From an uncultured delta proteobacterium (GTDB lineage Bacteria > Desulfobacterota > Binatia > UBA9968), in assembly GCA_963737905.1 (NCBI GenBank), contig CAVTUQ010000007.1, positions 384,001 to 448,000 of the forward strand: a DNA stretch of 64,000 nt, given 5' to 3'. Both the position numbers and the translations under genes were made by a program. Below, one piece after another: positions 51,214 through 61,853 of this stretch. Position 1 is the stretch's first letter, and the number at the start of each line of letters is the position of its first letter. The notes under the pieces were generated by a model that saw only the letters and a list, made by a program, of their open reading frames with translations, searched no databases and was not told the DNA's origin.

Positions 51214-51254
51214 TTGACACCATATCGTATCACGATATAATCGCATCACGATAT
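51214..51254 (+). promoter_or_regulatory. Consensus sigma-70 promoter overlapped by tandem palindromic operators (MarR autoregulation)
   Basis: TTGACA (51214) - 16 bp - TATAAT (51236); ATATCGTATCACGATAT and ATCGCATCACGAT overlap it. Confidence 0.8.
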
Positions 51255-51257
51255 AGT

Positions 51258-51740
51258 GTGTCCAGGATGCAGGCCCAATCCGATATCCAAGCAATGGCAG
51301 AGCTTCGCTACCAGATACGTCTTTTCTTGCGCTTCAGCGAAAATGCCGCTCGCCGAGCGGGTATTGAACCTCAGCAACACCAGTTGTTGTTAGCCATCAA
51401 AGGTTTGCCGAACGGTTCGAGGCCCACCGTCGGTGTTTTGGCAGAGAGAATGCAGCTTCAGCCTCACAGTACGGTGGGTCTCATTGACCGGCTTGTGGAA
51501 CGGGGACTCCTGGTCCGCCTGAGGGCCACGGACGATAAACGCCAAGTGTTGGTCAAGCTTACTCATGACGGAGAGGATCTGCTGCAGAAACTCGCGTTGC
51601 ACCACCTCCGTGAGCTTCAGTCCGTCGAGCCCAAATTTAAAAAGGTGCTGCAAAGCCTAATGACAGTTCCTATGGAGGCTCATAGCAAGAGACGACCGCC
51701 AACCCGGGTTCAAATAAAATCAAGGATGGAGGACCAGTGA
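51258..51740 (+). CDS. MarR-family transcriptional regulator
   Basis: PQQHQLLLAIKG...LAERMQLQPHSTVGLIDRLVERGL...DDKRQVLVKLT. Confidence 0.9.
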   Translation: MSRMQAQSDIQAMAELRYQIRLFLRFSENAARRAGIEPQQHQLLLAIKGLPNGSRPTVGVLAERMQLQPHSTVGLIDRLVERGLLVRLRATDDKRQVLVKLTHDGEDLLQKLALHHLRELQSVEPKFKKVLQSLMTVPMEAHSKRRPPTRVQIKSRMEDQ

Positions 51741-52585
51741 TGGCTAATCAAGACGCATCTGCTCAGGAACTATTGCTCGATGTAAAGGTCGCCGAAGCCT
51801 CGCGCCTTTACAAATTTTACCTCAATCAGGAGAAAAAAATCCTCGGCGGCCTAGCCGTTGGAATCTTTCTGGTTATCTGGGAGCTGGTCGGTAACGTCTT
51901 TCAGTGGATAAATCCGATGTTCATGAGTTCTCCGTCTCTTATTTACAAAGCCGCGGTCCAGTTGTTTGTCTCTGGAGAAATTTACCACGATTTGTATGTA
52001 AGCGGGATCGAGTTTCTCGCCGGATACTTCTTGGCTGTCGCGGTCGCGATTCCCTTCGGCATTATGGTGGGCTGGTATAAACGGATGAGTTACATCTTTG
52101 ATCCGTTCATAAATGCCATGAATGCGACGCCTCGTGTCGCTTTGTTGCCACTGGTAATAATCTGGTTGGGCATCGGGATTCTTTCCAAGGTCGGGATCAT
52201 CTTTCTCGGCGCCGTATTCTCGATCCTGATCAATACGCGCGACGGGGTTAAGACGACACCCGTCAATCTTTTGAATGCGGCCAGAAGTTTCGGCGCATCC
52301 GAATGGATGGTCTTCAAGACTGTCGTGGTTCCCTCGACGATTCCGTTCATTCTAACAGGATTGCGTCTCGCGGTCGGTCGCGCTTTGGTGGGCGTCCTGG
52401 TCGGTGAGCTTTACGCAGCCACCGCTGGTATCGGCTTTATGATTACGGTCGCCGGAGCGACATTTCAGACCGATAAGGTTTTTGTTGGCGTTCTCATTTT
52501 CGCACTCAGTGGCATGCTTGGGATGGAGCTACTCACGAAGCTTGAACAAAAATTCGATAAATGGCGTCCTCAAGTTGGGGCATAA
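51737..52585 (+). CDS. SsuC/TauC-type ABC permease
   Basis: PRVALLPL, LLNAARSFGAS, TGLRLAVGRALVGVLVGEL. Confidence 0.92.
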   Translation: MMANQDASAQELLLDVKVAEASRLYKFYLNQEKKILGGLAVGIFLVIWELVGNVFQWINPMFMSSPSLIYKAAVQLFVSGEIYHDLYVSGIEFLAGYFLAVAVAIPFGIMVGWYKRMSYIFDPFINAMNATPRVALLPLVIIWLGIGILSKVGIIFLGAVFSILINTRDGVKTTPVNLLNAARSFGASEWMVFKTVVVPSTIPFILTGLRLAVGRALVGVLVGELYAATAGIGFMITVAGATFQTDKVFVGVLIFALSGMLGMELLTKLEQKFDKWRPQVGA

Positions 52586-52798
52586 AGTATTCCGTTACAA
52601 TACCCACCTTAAGATGGCTCATACAACTGTGAGCTTTCGTATAGTTTCGCAGCTTTGGTGATCTGAGCGGATCCGCTTGCGCTTCGCGAGCCGATCCAAT
52701 CCTGACGATTAAACTGGCGGGCGTGCTGAAGGTCTGTTTGACAACGCTGGGTATGCGCTGACGGCTGGGCTATGTAAATTAACGAGGTGGTAAATTAG

Positions 52799-54602
52799 AT
52801 GGGTGATTCTGTAGAACGAGTCGAAGATCGGTTAGCGGATTTTACGAGGGATAAACGGATTATCGTTCTTTCTTGGATGGCGCTGGTCGTCGGCGTGCTG
52901 AGCGCGTTCGTCGCCTATGTCCTGGTCTGGTTAATCGCTGTGATCACCAACGTCGCCTTCTATCAGCATTTCTCGTCGACGCTTCGGTCTCCAGACGATA
53001 ATCGTCTTGGGTATCTTGTGATTCTCATTCCGGTCATTGGGGGATTGATTATCGGTTTGATGGCGCGCTACGGATCGGAAAAAATTCGCGGGCACGGTAT
53101 TCCGGAAGCCCTTGAGGCCATTCTCTTCGGCCGTAGCCGCATGGAACCTAGAGTCGCCGTGCTTAAGCCTTTGTCCTCCGCGATATCCATTGGTACCGGC
53201 GGACCCTTCGGTGCCGAAGGCCCCATTATCATGACCGGTGGAGCCGTGGGCTCCATCTTTGGGCAGTTCTTTCATCTCTCTTCAGCGGAACGCAAGACAC
53301 TTCTCGTCGCAGGTGCCGCTGGAGGCATGGCCGCTATTTTCGCCTCTCCGGTCGCGGCGGCCCTATTGGCTATCGAACTGCTTCTTTTTGAGTGGCGGCC
53401 GCGTTCATTTATTCCTGTGGCCATTGCTGCCGTCTCGGCGTCCGCTCTGCGTGTTCCGCTTCTCGGGTCGGGGCCGATCTTTCCCGTTCAACCCCACGCA
53501 GTGTTGAACACCGAAGGGTTGGTGTTTGCCTGTCTGGTCGGAATTATCGCTGGCCTCGGCTCAGGGCTGCTAACGAATCTGGTCTATACTTTTGAAGATC
53601 TCTTCATAAAATTACCCATCCATTGGATGTGGTGGCCGGCCATCGGCGGTTTATGCGTCGGTGTCGGCGGGCTCATCGAGCCGAGCGTACTCGGGGTCGG
53701 GTACGCAACGATCCATGAACTCTTGCGAGGAGAGGTCGTCGGCCCTGCCCTACTCGGTATTCTTCATCGGAAAGTCGCTTGTCTGGTCCATTGCCCTCGG
53801 TTCGGGAACGTCTGGCGGTGTGCTCGCGCCGTTGCTGATGATGGGCGGGGCGCTGGGCGCGGCTGCGGCAACATTGATACCGCTCGGGGATCGTGGACTT
53901 TGGGCTACCATTGGCATGGCGGCCATGATGGGCGGGACCATGCGATCCCCATTAACGGCAATGATCTTCGCGCTCGAATTAACGCAGGATCTCAATCTGC
54001 TTCCAGGGTTGCTCGTAGGATGTATCGCAGCTCACGGAGTCACCGTACTACTGTTGCGCCGCTCCATTCTCACTGAAAAAGTAGCACGGCGAGGGTATCA
54101 CGTCATGCGCGAGTACAGCGTTGATCCGCTCACGATGGTGCGCGTAGGAGAAGTGATGGACAAAAACGCCCTCACCATCCCTGCGACTATGCCGGTCATG
54201 GAGCTTTCAGATCGAATCGCGCGACGTGATCCCCAAGTCACCCGCCATGAGGGTCTGCTGATTGTCGATGAGAATCAGCAACTGGCCGGGATTATCACGC
54301 GCGGCGACGTCCTGCGCGCGCTAGAACAAGGCGATAAAAACGGGACTACGGTAATCGAGGCCGGAAGCCACGATCTAATCGTGTCTTTCCCCGATGAAGT
54401 TCTTCACGAAGCCGCGACCAAGATGCTGCGCAATAATATCGGGCGCTTGCCCGTGGTGAGCCGTCGCGACTCCTATCGCATTGTCGGCTATTTAGGCAGA
54501 AGTAATTTGATGGCAGGCCATCTGCGGCAGCTTGAGGAGGAGCATATTCGCGAACGAAGATTTCCACGGCGGCAGCCAACAGAATCCAACAGGCTCGGGT
54601 AA
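52799..54602 (+). CDS. ClC chloride channel/antiporter with CBS domains (frameshift near 53765)
   Basis: GHGIPE, GAEGP, GTSGGVLAP motifs; C-terminal CBS pair. Confidence 0.9.
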
Positions 54603-54638
54603 CATAGCGTCATCGAATCGTAGTTTGGGCCGTTTCAT

Positions 54639-55061
54639 TTATTTCTTTCCCTCCAGCTCGACGAGTCGTTGACGCAGCGCCCGTTCTTCTTCCCAGCGGC
54701 TAGTCTCATCACGAATGATCGCGGCAATCGCCTGAATCTCCCGAGTAGGTGCGTACAGCAGCGCGACAGTGAAGGCGATGGAGAGGCGCCTCCCATCTTT
54801 GTGCACGGCAGGAACGCGAAGAATTTCCGTGCCGTATCGGGTCTCACCCGTTTGCATTGCTCGTCGATATCCTTCCCAATGCCGGAGCCGAAGACGTTCG
54901 GGAATAATCAGGTCGAGAGATTGGCCGAGCGCTTCCGCTTCGGTGTATCCGAAAATTCGCTCGGCGGCCCGATTCCACAAAAGTATGGAGCCATCCGTTC
55001 CTGCCGCGACGATGGCATCGCCCGCAGATTGTACTAAAGCCCCTAAATCGATCGGCTCCAT
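54639..55061 (-). CDS. Stand-alone PAS domain protein
   Basis: DAIV...WNRAAERIFGY...GQSLDLIIP...HKDG...IIRD. Confidence 0.9.
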   Translation of the reverse strand: MEPIDLGALVQSAGDAIVAAGTDGSILLWNRAAERIFGYTEAEALGQSLDLIIPERLRLRHWEGYRRAMQTGETRYGTEILRVPAVHKDGRRLSIAFTVALLYAPTREIQAIAAIIRDETSRWEEERALRQRLVELEGKK

Positions 55062-55122
55062 TTGTAGACTGTCGCCAATGCTTTTTGGACTACACCCGCG
55101 TTTCGCGCGATGATGTGAGTCT

Positions 55123-56364
55123 TTAATACCCTCCCGGGATTTGCACCACTTCGCTGTCGGGGTTCTTCAGCCAGCTCATCAGCGTTATCGCCAAGGCGAC
55201 CGTGGTGATATCGAGGGGTCTGCTACGCATAAAGTGGTCACTGCCCAACTCAAACAACGATACGCCGCCTGGAAAAATCGCATCGGACAATAGTATGTTC
55301 CCGTCATTGGGCCCGTACTTTCGCATGGGGGAATAACTTCTGCGGATCCAAAAAGAGACGCTGCCGCTGACAGGAATGCCAAAAAAGTTAACAACCAGCA
55401 CGTGTTCGGGGATGCGAAACGAATCGAATCGCTGGCGGCCGCGTGCAGTCGTCATACTTTCCGTGCCCAGAGGGTCTAATTTACCGACCATATATTCTAA
55501 CTCCGGGAAAAGGTGATCATCCGCCAGCGGGGTGCCACGAAGCGCGCCCACCGCGTTGATCCACGCTGCAACATGGCGGGTCTCGGCGGGACCCAATTTC
55601 GTCAGCGCCAATGCCACTTCGGGGCCCGACTTGCTGGCACTGAGAATGATCATCCGGCGACCGCTCTGCGCATGAGCCCGAATGGCGGCAGCCACGAGAT
55701 CGGCATTCGACTCCACGGGTCCGTCGTCATCGGTTTCGACGAAATAGCAGGGGAGTCCCGCTTTTTCTAGCGCCGCCCGCGGCACGGCCATATCGGCGCC
55801 GACGGCAAAAAGCCGCTTGTACAGATAAGTTGGGACAACCAATACCTCATAGTCTGCTGGCAACTTCACCCGACCTTCGGGGAAAGCCTTGCGGGTGTAT
55901 TCGTAGGCTTGCTCGAAAGCGCTCCGAAATCGCCGATTGGTTGGCAAGCGAGCGATCTGATCGGCGAAATATAGCGCTGCGAAGTCGACGGAAAAGTCGT
56001 CGCTTAGGCGTTTGAGATCGCTGCGGTCGGGCAGGTGGCCATTGCTGCTCTGGTAGACGCGATCGATACGCTCATCGAGCGTTGCATCCGTGTGCTTGCC
56101 GGCGAGGTAGCTTCCCAGGTAGTAACGCGCCACTTCAGAATCGACTCGGGTGTCGATCGCTTGTCCACCCACAATCCCGCGTACGGGCAGACCCCCGCAT
56201 GACGACAGCAACAGCAGCAAAGCCGATAGCAACGGCATGATCATTAAAGGACAGTTGAAAATATTCTTGTAAGCCATAACCGATGCTCTTGGAATTTCGT
56301 CACTCTTCTGCTCGCGCTCAAGGCAAGTCCTGTGCGATTTTATTATGAGGTTGTGTTTTGTCAT
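55123..56364 (-). CDS. Putative lipoprotein with alpha/beta-hydrolase-like C-terminal domain
   Basis: Lipobox LSSC (true start probably ~56238); SASKSG, GTPLAD, PNDG, DHF resemble a Ser-Asp-His triad. Confidence 0.55.
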   Translation of the reverse strand: MTKHNLIIKSHRTCLEREQKSDEIPRASVMAYKNIFNCPLMIMPLLSALLLLLSSCGGLPVRGIVGGQAIDTRVDSEVARYYLGSYLAGKHTDATLDERIDRVYQSSNGHLPDRSDLKRLSDDFSVDFAALYFADQIARLPTNRRFRSAFEQAYEYTRKAFPEGRVKLPADYEVLVVPTYLYKRLFAVGADMAVPRAALEKAGLPCYFVETDDDGPVESNADLVAAAIRAHAQSGRRMIILSASKSGPEVALALTKLGPAETRHVAAWINAVGALRGTPLADDHLFPELEYMVGKLDPLGTESMTTARGRQRFDSFRIPEHVLVVNFFGIPVSGSVSFWIRRSYSPMRKYGPNDGNILLSDAIFPGGVSLFELGSDHFMRSRPLDITTVALAITLMSWLKNPDSEVVQIPGGY

Positions 56365-56596
56365 GCATCAGAAGCGCCCTACAGAATCTTCAGAATTGCT
56401 CATATATATATATATATGCAGCCGGTCAATTCTCGTCAACGCCGTAACAGAATCTCGTAAATGAGGTAGAGGCTGATAGAAGTCGGTAAATGTAAATCAA
56501 GTCGGGTATTATTCGCACAAGCGCGCTGATTCCGACGGGGTCATGAATACTCGTCTCGTTTAATGTAGGGGGTATGGAGTTTGACCGGACAAGCCT

Positions 56597-57979
56597 TTAA
56601 AAGCGCAGCTGCTCGGTCAACTCACGGATATTTGACAGCTGCTCGATCGACATGATTTGTCTCATCAAAGTCTGCGCCTTTTCTTGACTGACAAGCCGTA
56701 GCGCGTTGTAAAGATACTTCTCCTGAACATCCGCGCCCGACACCGGGTTTTCAACATGCCCCGGGTGTATGTGTTGTCGTTCTTCGTAGACTTTACCGTC
56801 GCTCGTCGTGACGAAAACGTGACCCGACGCATACTTGGGGCGCCCGCTGTTGGGATCATCTTCCCGCCTGATCCTGGACGAGAGCTTTAAGACCTCTGGG
56901 TCTCTCAGCGCATCGTCGTCGAAATCAGCCAGAGCCAGCCGGCCTTTAAGAAGGGCAACTGCAGCAATATAAGGCGTCGAGAAATGAGCGCCGTACTCCC
57001 CCTGGGGTGTTTGCTGGGAGAACACGCGCTCGCGTCCCGCTGGCGCCGCGCTATCTCCCATGCGCAAACGGCACTCGACATCGACGATGTCGTCCGCTTT
57101 AAAGTGATACCGATTATGCAAGTTAACGCAGGCCCGAACGGTGGCTTGCAGAGCGCCCGCGCAGGGATACGGTTTGAATTCTACTCGATCCAGTTCCCAA
57201 TCGTTGCCTATACCATCGATTGCCGACTGGACGTCAAAATTCCCCTCGCCCACATGAGTTGAATAGAACCCCCGCGGCCCCTCCAAAGCAGTGCGGGGAG
57301 CTGTGAAGCCCTCGCGCGCCAAAAGCGCGCCCACGACTGCGCCATGGGACGCCCAGCCGGGCTGAAAACGTTTCGACCAGCTGCCGTCCGACTGCCACTC
57401 CATGTTTCCCGAACCCTGGCTGCCGGCGAGGCCCAGGGCATATACCAGTTGATCGTGAGATAGTCCCAAGAGACGCCCCGCCGCCGCGGCTCCGCCAAAA
57501 ACACCACAAACAGCCGTTGGATGATAGCCGCGTCCATGCATCGCATGCACCCGCGGGCCACGGGCGACGCGCAGGGAAACTTCGAAGCCAACGGCACAAG
57601 CGGTAATAAAATCCTTGCCGGATAATCCCAGCCATTCGGAAGTTGCCAACGCCGCCGGCATCACAACTGAAGTGTTGTGAACCACAAGGGGATGGTGCGT
57701 ATCGTCAAAGTCAAACGCATGAATGAGCATTCCGTTGAGTAAGGGCGCACTCGTAACTGGAAGCTTGTCCTTAAAGCCCACCACCGTCGCGTCCGATCCC
57801 TGACCGAAAGCTCGCATCGCCTTCATGGTCTTCTGGACGAAATCCTCGCGCGCAGCAGCCAAAGCCAAGCCCATCCCATCCAGAATCAGCAACTTGGCTT
57901 TCGCCAACACTCTCGTAGGAAGCGCCTCCATCTTTTGTTTCAAAGCAAACTCAGCGAGTACTTCGGTGCAGGTTGCCAT
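56597..57979 (-). CDS. MmgE/PrpD family protein
   Basis: HAFDFDDTH, GYHPT, FKPYPC, PGHVENP. Confidence 0.92.
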   Translation of the reverse strand: MATCTEVLAEFALKQKMEALPTRVLAKAKLLILDGMGLALAAAREDFVQKTMKAMRAFGQGSDATVVGFKDKLPVTSAPLLNGMLIHAFDFDDTHHPLVVHNTSVVMPAALATSEWLGLSGKDFITACAVGFEVSLRVARGPRVHAMHGRGYHPTAVCGVFGGAAAAGRLLGLSHDQLVYALGLAGSQGSGNMEWQSDGSWSKRFQPGWASHGAVVGALLAREGFTAPRTALEGPRGFYSTHVGEGNFDVQSAIDGIGNDWELDRVEFKPYPCAGALQATVRACVNLHNRYHFKADDIVDVECRLRMGDSAAPAGRERVFSQQTPQGEYGAHFSTPYIAAVALLKGRLALADFDDDALRDPEVLKLSSRIRREDDPNSGRPKYASGHVFVTTSDGKVYEERQHIHPGHVENPVSGADVQEKYLYNALRLVSQEKAQTLMRQIMSIEQLSNIRELTEQLRF

Positions 57980-58007
57980 GCTTTATATCCTCCACAGCCG
58001 GCGATGA

Positions 58008-59159
58008 TTACTTGAGCCCGTATAACTTGGCCGCATTGTCGTGGGTGACCTTGCGCCTCACCCGATCGGACAGGCCGCCCAGTTCCTGTTCAAGGAAGCG
58101 CATCGAATCCGGCCAAGTCCCATCCGGATGCGGGTAGTCGGAGCCCCACATCACGTTGTCTTCACCCAATAGGTCCATCAGGCGGGCACCCACGGCGTCG
58201 CGTTCAAACGTCACGAAACCGTTGATGCGGAAATAGTCGCTTGGCTTCAGTCGCAATCTCAGATGGAATGATTCTTCCTCCTCATATTCGTAGTCCATCC
58301 GTTGCAGAAAAAATGGGATCCACCCGATGCTCGATTCGCCGAGCACAAATCTGAATCCCGGGAAGCGGTCGAAAGCTCCGGAATAAATGATCGAGGCGAG
58401 AAATTGTGCGGATCCGAAACGAGACACCGCCTGGCGCACGGCGTTCCGCACCTTTACATTGTCGTCGTAATGCGAGTCGGACGTATTAACCGCACGAACG
58501 TCTTGCCCCTGGTTATGAAACGATATGGGGATGCCGGTCTCGTCCGCCGCCTCCCACACCACATCCCAGTCACGATCCCATATGGGCCTTACGGAATCCG
58601 ACGCGATCAACTCCGCTCCCGTGAGTCCGAGCTTGGCAATGCGCCGCAACTCCTCGGCCCCTGCTTTGGGATCGTGGTTTGGCAGGCAGGCCAAAGGGGC
58701 AAACCGGTCAGGATTAAACTTACGAAACTGCATGACAAAATCGTTGTAGATCCGATAGACGACTCCCATGGCCTCGCCGTCTTGGACCCGGCGGCTCAAA
58801 CCCAAAATACCGTAGATGACCTCGGCTCCCACTCCGTCCCGTTCCTGATCCGCGATTCTATGCTCCGGCAACGCAGGCCGGAACACACCGTTCATGGCAT
58901 CCGAGTAAAGACCGGTGCGGGCTTTTCTTCGCAGACGGACTGACATCGTCACGCGATCGAATCGCACGTTATCCCGGCCAAGGCCGACGTCGCCGACGTA
59001 GCGAATGATCTTGCCGTTATGAACCCAGGCCCGTCCGCTATCAGTGTTTTCAACTCTAGGCATGCGCTCTTTCCAGGATGCGGGAGCCTCGGACACAAAA
59101 AGATCTCCGGGTAAATACCAAAAATCCAAATGGCAATCCGCTGAAATAATTTCACTCAT
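58008..59159 (-). CDS. Amidohydrolase family 2 protein
   Basis: ISADCH, PISFH, FDRFPG, GWIP, WGSDYPHPDGTWP. Confidence 0.92.
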   Translation of the reverse strand: MSEIISADCHLDFWYLPGDLFVSEAPASWKERMPRVENTDSGRAWVHNGKIIRYVGDVGLGRDNVRFDRVTMSVRLRRKARTGLYSDAMNGVFRPALPEHRIADQERDGVGAEVIYGILGLSRRVQDGEAMGVVYRIYNDFVMQFRKFNPDRFAPLACLPNHDPKAGAEELRRIAKLGLTGAELIASDSVRPIWDRDWDVVWEAADETGIPISFHNQGQDVRAVNTSDSHYDDNVKVRNAVRQAVSRFGSAQFLASIIYSGAFDRFPGFRFVLGESSIGWIPFFLQRMDYEYEEEESFHLRLRLKPSDYFRINGFVTFERDAVGARLMDLLGEDNVMWGSDYPHPDGTWPDSMRFLEQELGGLSDRVRRKVTHDNAAKLYGLK

Positions 59160-59235
59160 AAAACCTCCTCTGAAACTCTTACCTTTCAAATGTTGGGCCT
59201 TCAGGCTTTCCTGGTGAAGCAGGACGCCGGGATTG

Positions 59236-59320
59236 CACCGCGGAGGCGCGGAGGACGCGGAGTAAAGATTTCTTGATAAACAAAATCTCCGATCTCGGCG
59301 AACTCTGTGCCTCGGTGGTG
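59236..59320. repeat. Imperfect CACCGCGGAG...CTCGGTGGTG hairpin repeat
   Basis: Nonamer-periodic arms; same class as 8421 and 36682. Confidence 0.55.
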
Positions 59321-59387
59321 AATATTCTTCACAGAAAACTCGGAATAACCTAAATGTCCAACAGAACGACCTCCACCGTCAAAAATT

Positions 59388-60377
59388 TTATTTCAAAAAC
59401 ATCTCACGGAACTCTTTGACTATCTCCCCGTATCTATCCGCAACCGACAACGGCACCGGGAAGAGTTTGAGCCCTTTGGTCAATCTCGGATAGGGCGGCT
59501 CCACCTCGGCCCGCGCAGGAATCTTTCCGACGCTCCTGCCGATCTGTTGCCCTTCCTTCGATAAGAGAAAGTCCATCAGCAACCTTGCAGAGTTGGGATG
59601 CGGGGCATTGATAGCCATCCCCACTGGATTGAGCGAGACGATGACAGGTTCCAGGGCCACCCAATCGATCGGTGCTCTTTGTGACTTAAATTTTTCGATA
59701 TTACTGCCAAACCCATCCAGATAGATAGGGAACTCACCGCCAATGAGAAGCTGAGTCAAAAGCGGATGGCCGCCGCGGATAATGAGATCTTGCTGCGCCA
59801 ATTGTTTCATGTACGAAAGTCCCCGCGCCCGTCCCATCATTTCCAGCAAACTCCCGTACAAGATATAGTCGGCGTCATCCATCGCCATTTTGCCCTTCCA
59901 TTTGGAGAGCAAGAGGTCCTCGTAGCTTTTCGGTGCATCCTGCCGCGCCAGCAGACGGGTATTGTAAGCCAAAACCCTTGTGTCCATGTAAAATGCCGTC
60001 CAATAACCGTCGGGATCCTTATATTCCTTGGGGAAAGCGGATTGTTCCGCAGAGGGATATTTTTGCAGATGACTCAGTTTCTTATGATTGATCATCGCCA
60101 AATGGCTCCCGCTAAAAAGGTCGGCGCGAAACACTTTCTGTTTGTGCTCGGCGATGGTAATCGTTAAAAGCCTTTCGCTGCCTGTGCGGAGCACGTCGAG
60201 TTTGATGAACGGATATTTGTTTGCGAAAGCCGCCTGCAATGCCTGGACGGTGTCGAGGCCCCATGCAGTGTAAAGGACGACCTCTCCCTCGGTCTTTGCC
60301 TTTTCGACGACGCTCCCGTCCGTTGCTGCCGGCGCGTTCTCGCTAGAGATGTTCCACAGCAACAATCCTAGCACCAA
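59388..60377 (-). CDS. Extracellular solute-binding protein (Fe3+/thiamine/AfuA-like)
   Basis: EGEVVLYT, LAYNT, PKSYEDLL..KWKGK, APHPNSARLLMDFLLSKEGQ; true start uncertain. Confidence 0.85.
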   Translation of the reverse strand: MVLGLLLWNISSENAPAATDGSVVEKAKTEGEVVLYTAWGLDTVQALQAAFANKYPFIKLDVLRTGSERLLTITIAEHKQKVFRADLFSGSHLAMINHKKLSHLQKYPSAEQSAFPKEYKDPDGYWTAFYMDTRVLAYNTRLLARQDAPKSYEDLLLSKWKGKMAMDDADYILYGSLLEMMGRARGLSYMKQLAQQDLIIRGGHPLLTQLLIGGEFPIYLDGFGSNIEKFKSQRAPIDWVALEPVIVSLNPVGMAINAPHPNSARLLMDFLLSKEGQQIGRSVGKIPARAEVEPPYPRLTKGLKLFPVPLSVADRYGEIVKEFREMFLK

Positions 60378-60496
60378 CCAGGAAAAAAAATTTCTCCTCG
60401 AGCTCGTTGTTTCCAGTCTTTTATTCTTTAGCAGGCTGCTGAAAACCGGCTGTGATGCCTCGAGAGCTCAGCCAGTGAAACGCTTGCTCCCGCCGG

Positions 60497-61825
60497 CTAA
60501 TCTCCCGTCGCAAAAAGGTGCAGCAGGTCGGTCACGTTCCCGATTTCGTCGATTCGACTTAGCGTTTCCAGAGAACTGGCGACGGTAGCTTCGCCAAAAC
60601 CGGCCTGGCGCGCGCAGGCCTGGTACTTCGCGCCGAGGCGTTCCCACGACAGAGGATTTTTCGGATGGCCGGGAGCATAGCTGACCGTCTCTTCATGGAC
60701 AGCGGTGGGCGTACGGACCTGCACTGTCACCGGCCCTTCGCCGGGTGTTTCGCGCTTGGTGGGCGCATCAACGACACGCACCTTGGCTACGAGGTCGCGC
60801 ATCAGCGGATCATTGACATGCTTACGGTCGAAGCATTCTTCATTAATCGTTTTGAGCGCCAGCCCGGCCGCCAGCAAATACTCGAGGCTAAATTTTGCTT
60901 CCAGGCTCGTCGTTGGCCGGTAATGGATCAGCACTCGAAAGGTGTTCGGAGCGGCAGCGCAGGTGATCTCTTTCACGTCGCGTGGACTCACGTTTTGGCG
61001 GTCGGCAATCTTGATGACGGCATCCACCGCCCGCTGCGAGCTGTAGGGGCAAGGATACGCTTTGAAAGCGATCCCCGGCTGCAAAAATCTATATTTCTTC
61101 CCAAGGGTTTCCCGAACTTCCGTGGTAGTCAGTCCACTAAAGAATCCGCCCTGCTGATCGAAGATCTCCGGGTTTGCCGTAAATCCCGCTGCCGCAAGCT
61201 CCGCCGCCATAATGCCGTTCTTTGCCGCGCTACCCAGATGAAGGGGCTTGACCATGGTGCCGAAGTTCTGGCTCAATCCTGACGTTAAAGAAGCAGCAAT
61301 TCCGAGTGCGACCTTCATCTGGTTGCGTTCCAAACCGAGAATTCGCGCCGCCGCGGCGGCGGCGCCCAACGAACCGCACACACCAGCGGGATGAAGGCCC
61401 AGCGCATGGCTTTCCCTTCCCAACCCCCTGGCCAGCAACGTGCTCACCTCCACACCCACGATATAGGCTTCGATCATCTCCCGGCCGCTAATACCTTTGT
61501 TTTCACCGGCGGCCAATACGCAAGGAACCATCACCGCGCTCTGGTGGCCGAAATGATCATAGTCCAGCGTATGCGCTGCCACGCCGTTGGCCAGCGCCGC
61601 ATTGGAAGGCGCGGCAGGCATATCTTTTTGAGCAAAAACCGTGCACTTCCCGCTGTTCCCTTGGTCTCGAACCCAGCGCGCGGCGATTTGCGCGCTCTCC
61701 TCGCGGCACCCCGCCAGCATGACACCAAAGGAATCAAGAAACGCTTCGCGCACCCGCGGCAGCAGCTCCGCAGGCGCGGCCGCCAGGCTGAACGAGACAG
61801 CAAAATCGGCAATATCTTCGGTCAT
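60497..61825 (-). CDS. MmgE/PrpD family protein
   Basis: AHTLDYD, GLHP, NFGTMVKPLH, FKAYPC, AKFS, PGHPKNPL. Confidence 0.92.
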   Translation of the reverse strand: MTEDIADFAVSFSLAAAPAELLPRVREAFLDSFGVMLAGCREESAQIAARWVRDQGNSGKCTVFAQKDMPAAPSNAALANGVAAHTLDYDHFGHQSAVMVPCVLAAGENKGISGREMIEAYIVGVEVSTLLARGLGRESHALGLHPAGVCGSLGAAAAAARILGLERNQMKVALGIAASLTSGLSQNFGTMVKPLHLGSAAKNGIMAAELAAAGFTANPEIFDQQGGFFSGLTTTEVRETLGKKYRFLQPGIAFKAYPCPYSSQRAVDAVIKIADRQNVSPRDVKEITCAAAPNTFRVLIHYRPTTSLEAKFSLEYLLAAGLALKTINEECFDRKHVNDPLMRDLVAKVRVVDAPTKRETPGEGPVTVQVRTPTAVHEETVSYAPGHPKNPLSWERLGAKYQACARQAGFGEATVASSLETLSRIDEIGNVTDLLHLFATGD

Positions 61826-61853
61826 CGGCACGGACTCACCATCGTTCCGGCTT

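Noticed and set aside
51035-51217. 60-aa ORF after the ABC exporter
   Set aside because: No recognisable motif; overlaps the marR promoter region.
52600-52798. Fluoride riboswitch or CLC-F exporter
   Set aside because: No riboswitch consensus seen; the protein has GHGIP/GAEGP rather than the GNNLI/GREGT CLC-F signatures.
4630-54602. Numerous frameshifts (phosphoesterase, 3-HAO, SBPs, MBL, methyltransferase, EEP, ABC exporter, ClC) as programmed frameshifting or mass pseudogenisation
   Set aside because: Single-base indels scattered over unrelated genes, with few premature stops otherwise, fit long-read consensus error better; cannot be resolved without reads.
60430-60475. AGCAGGCTGCTGAAAA, similar to an IS/MITE end
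   Set aside because: Only one short end, no partner IR or transposase; too little to call.
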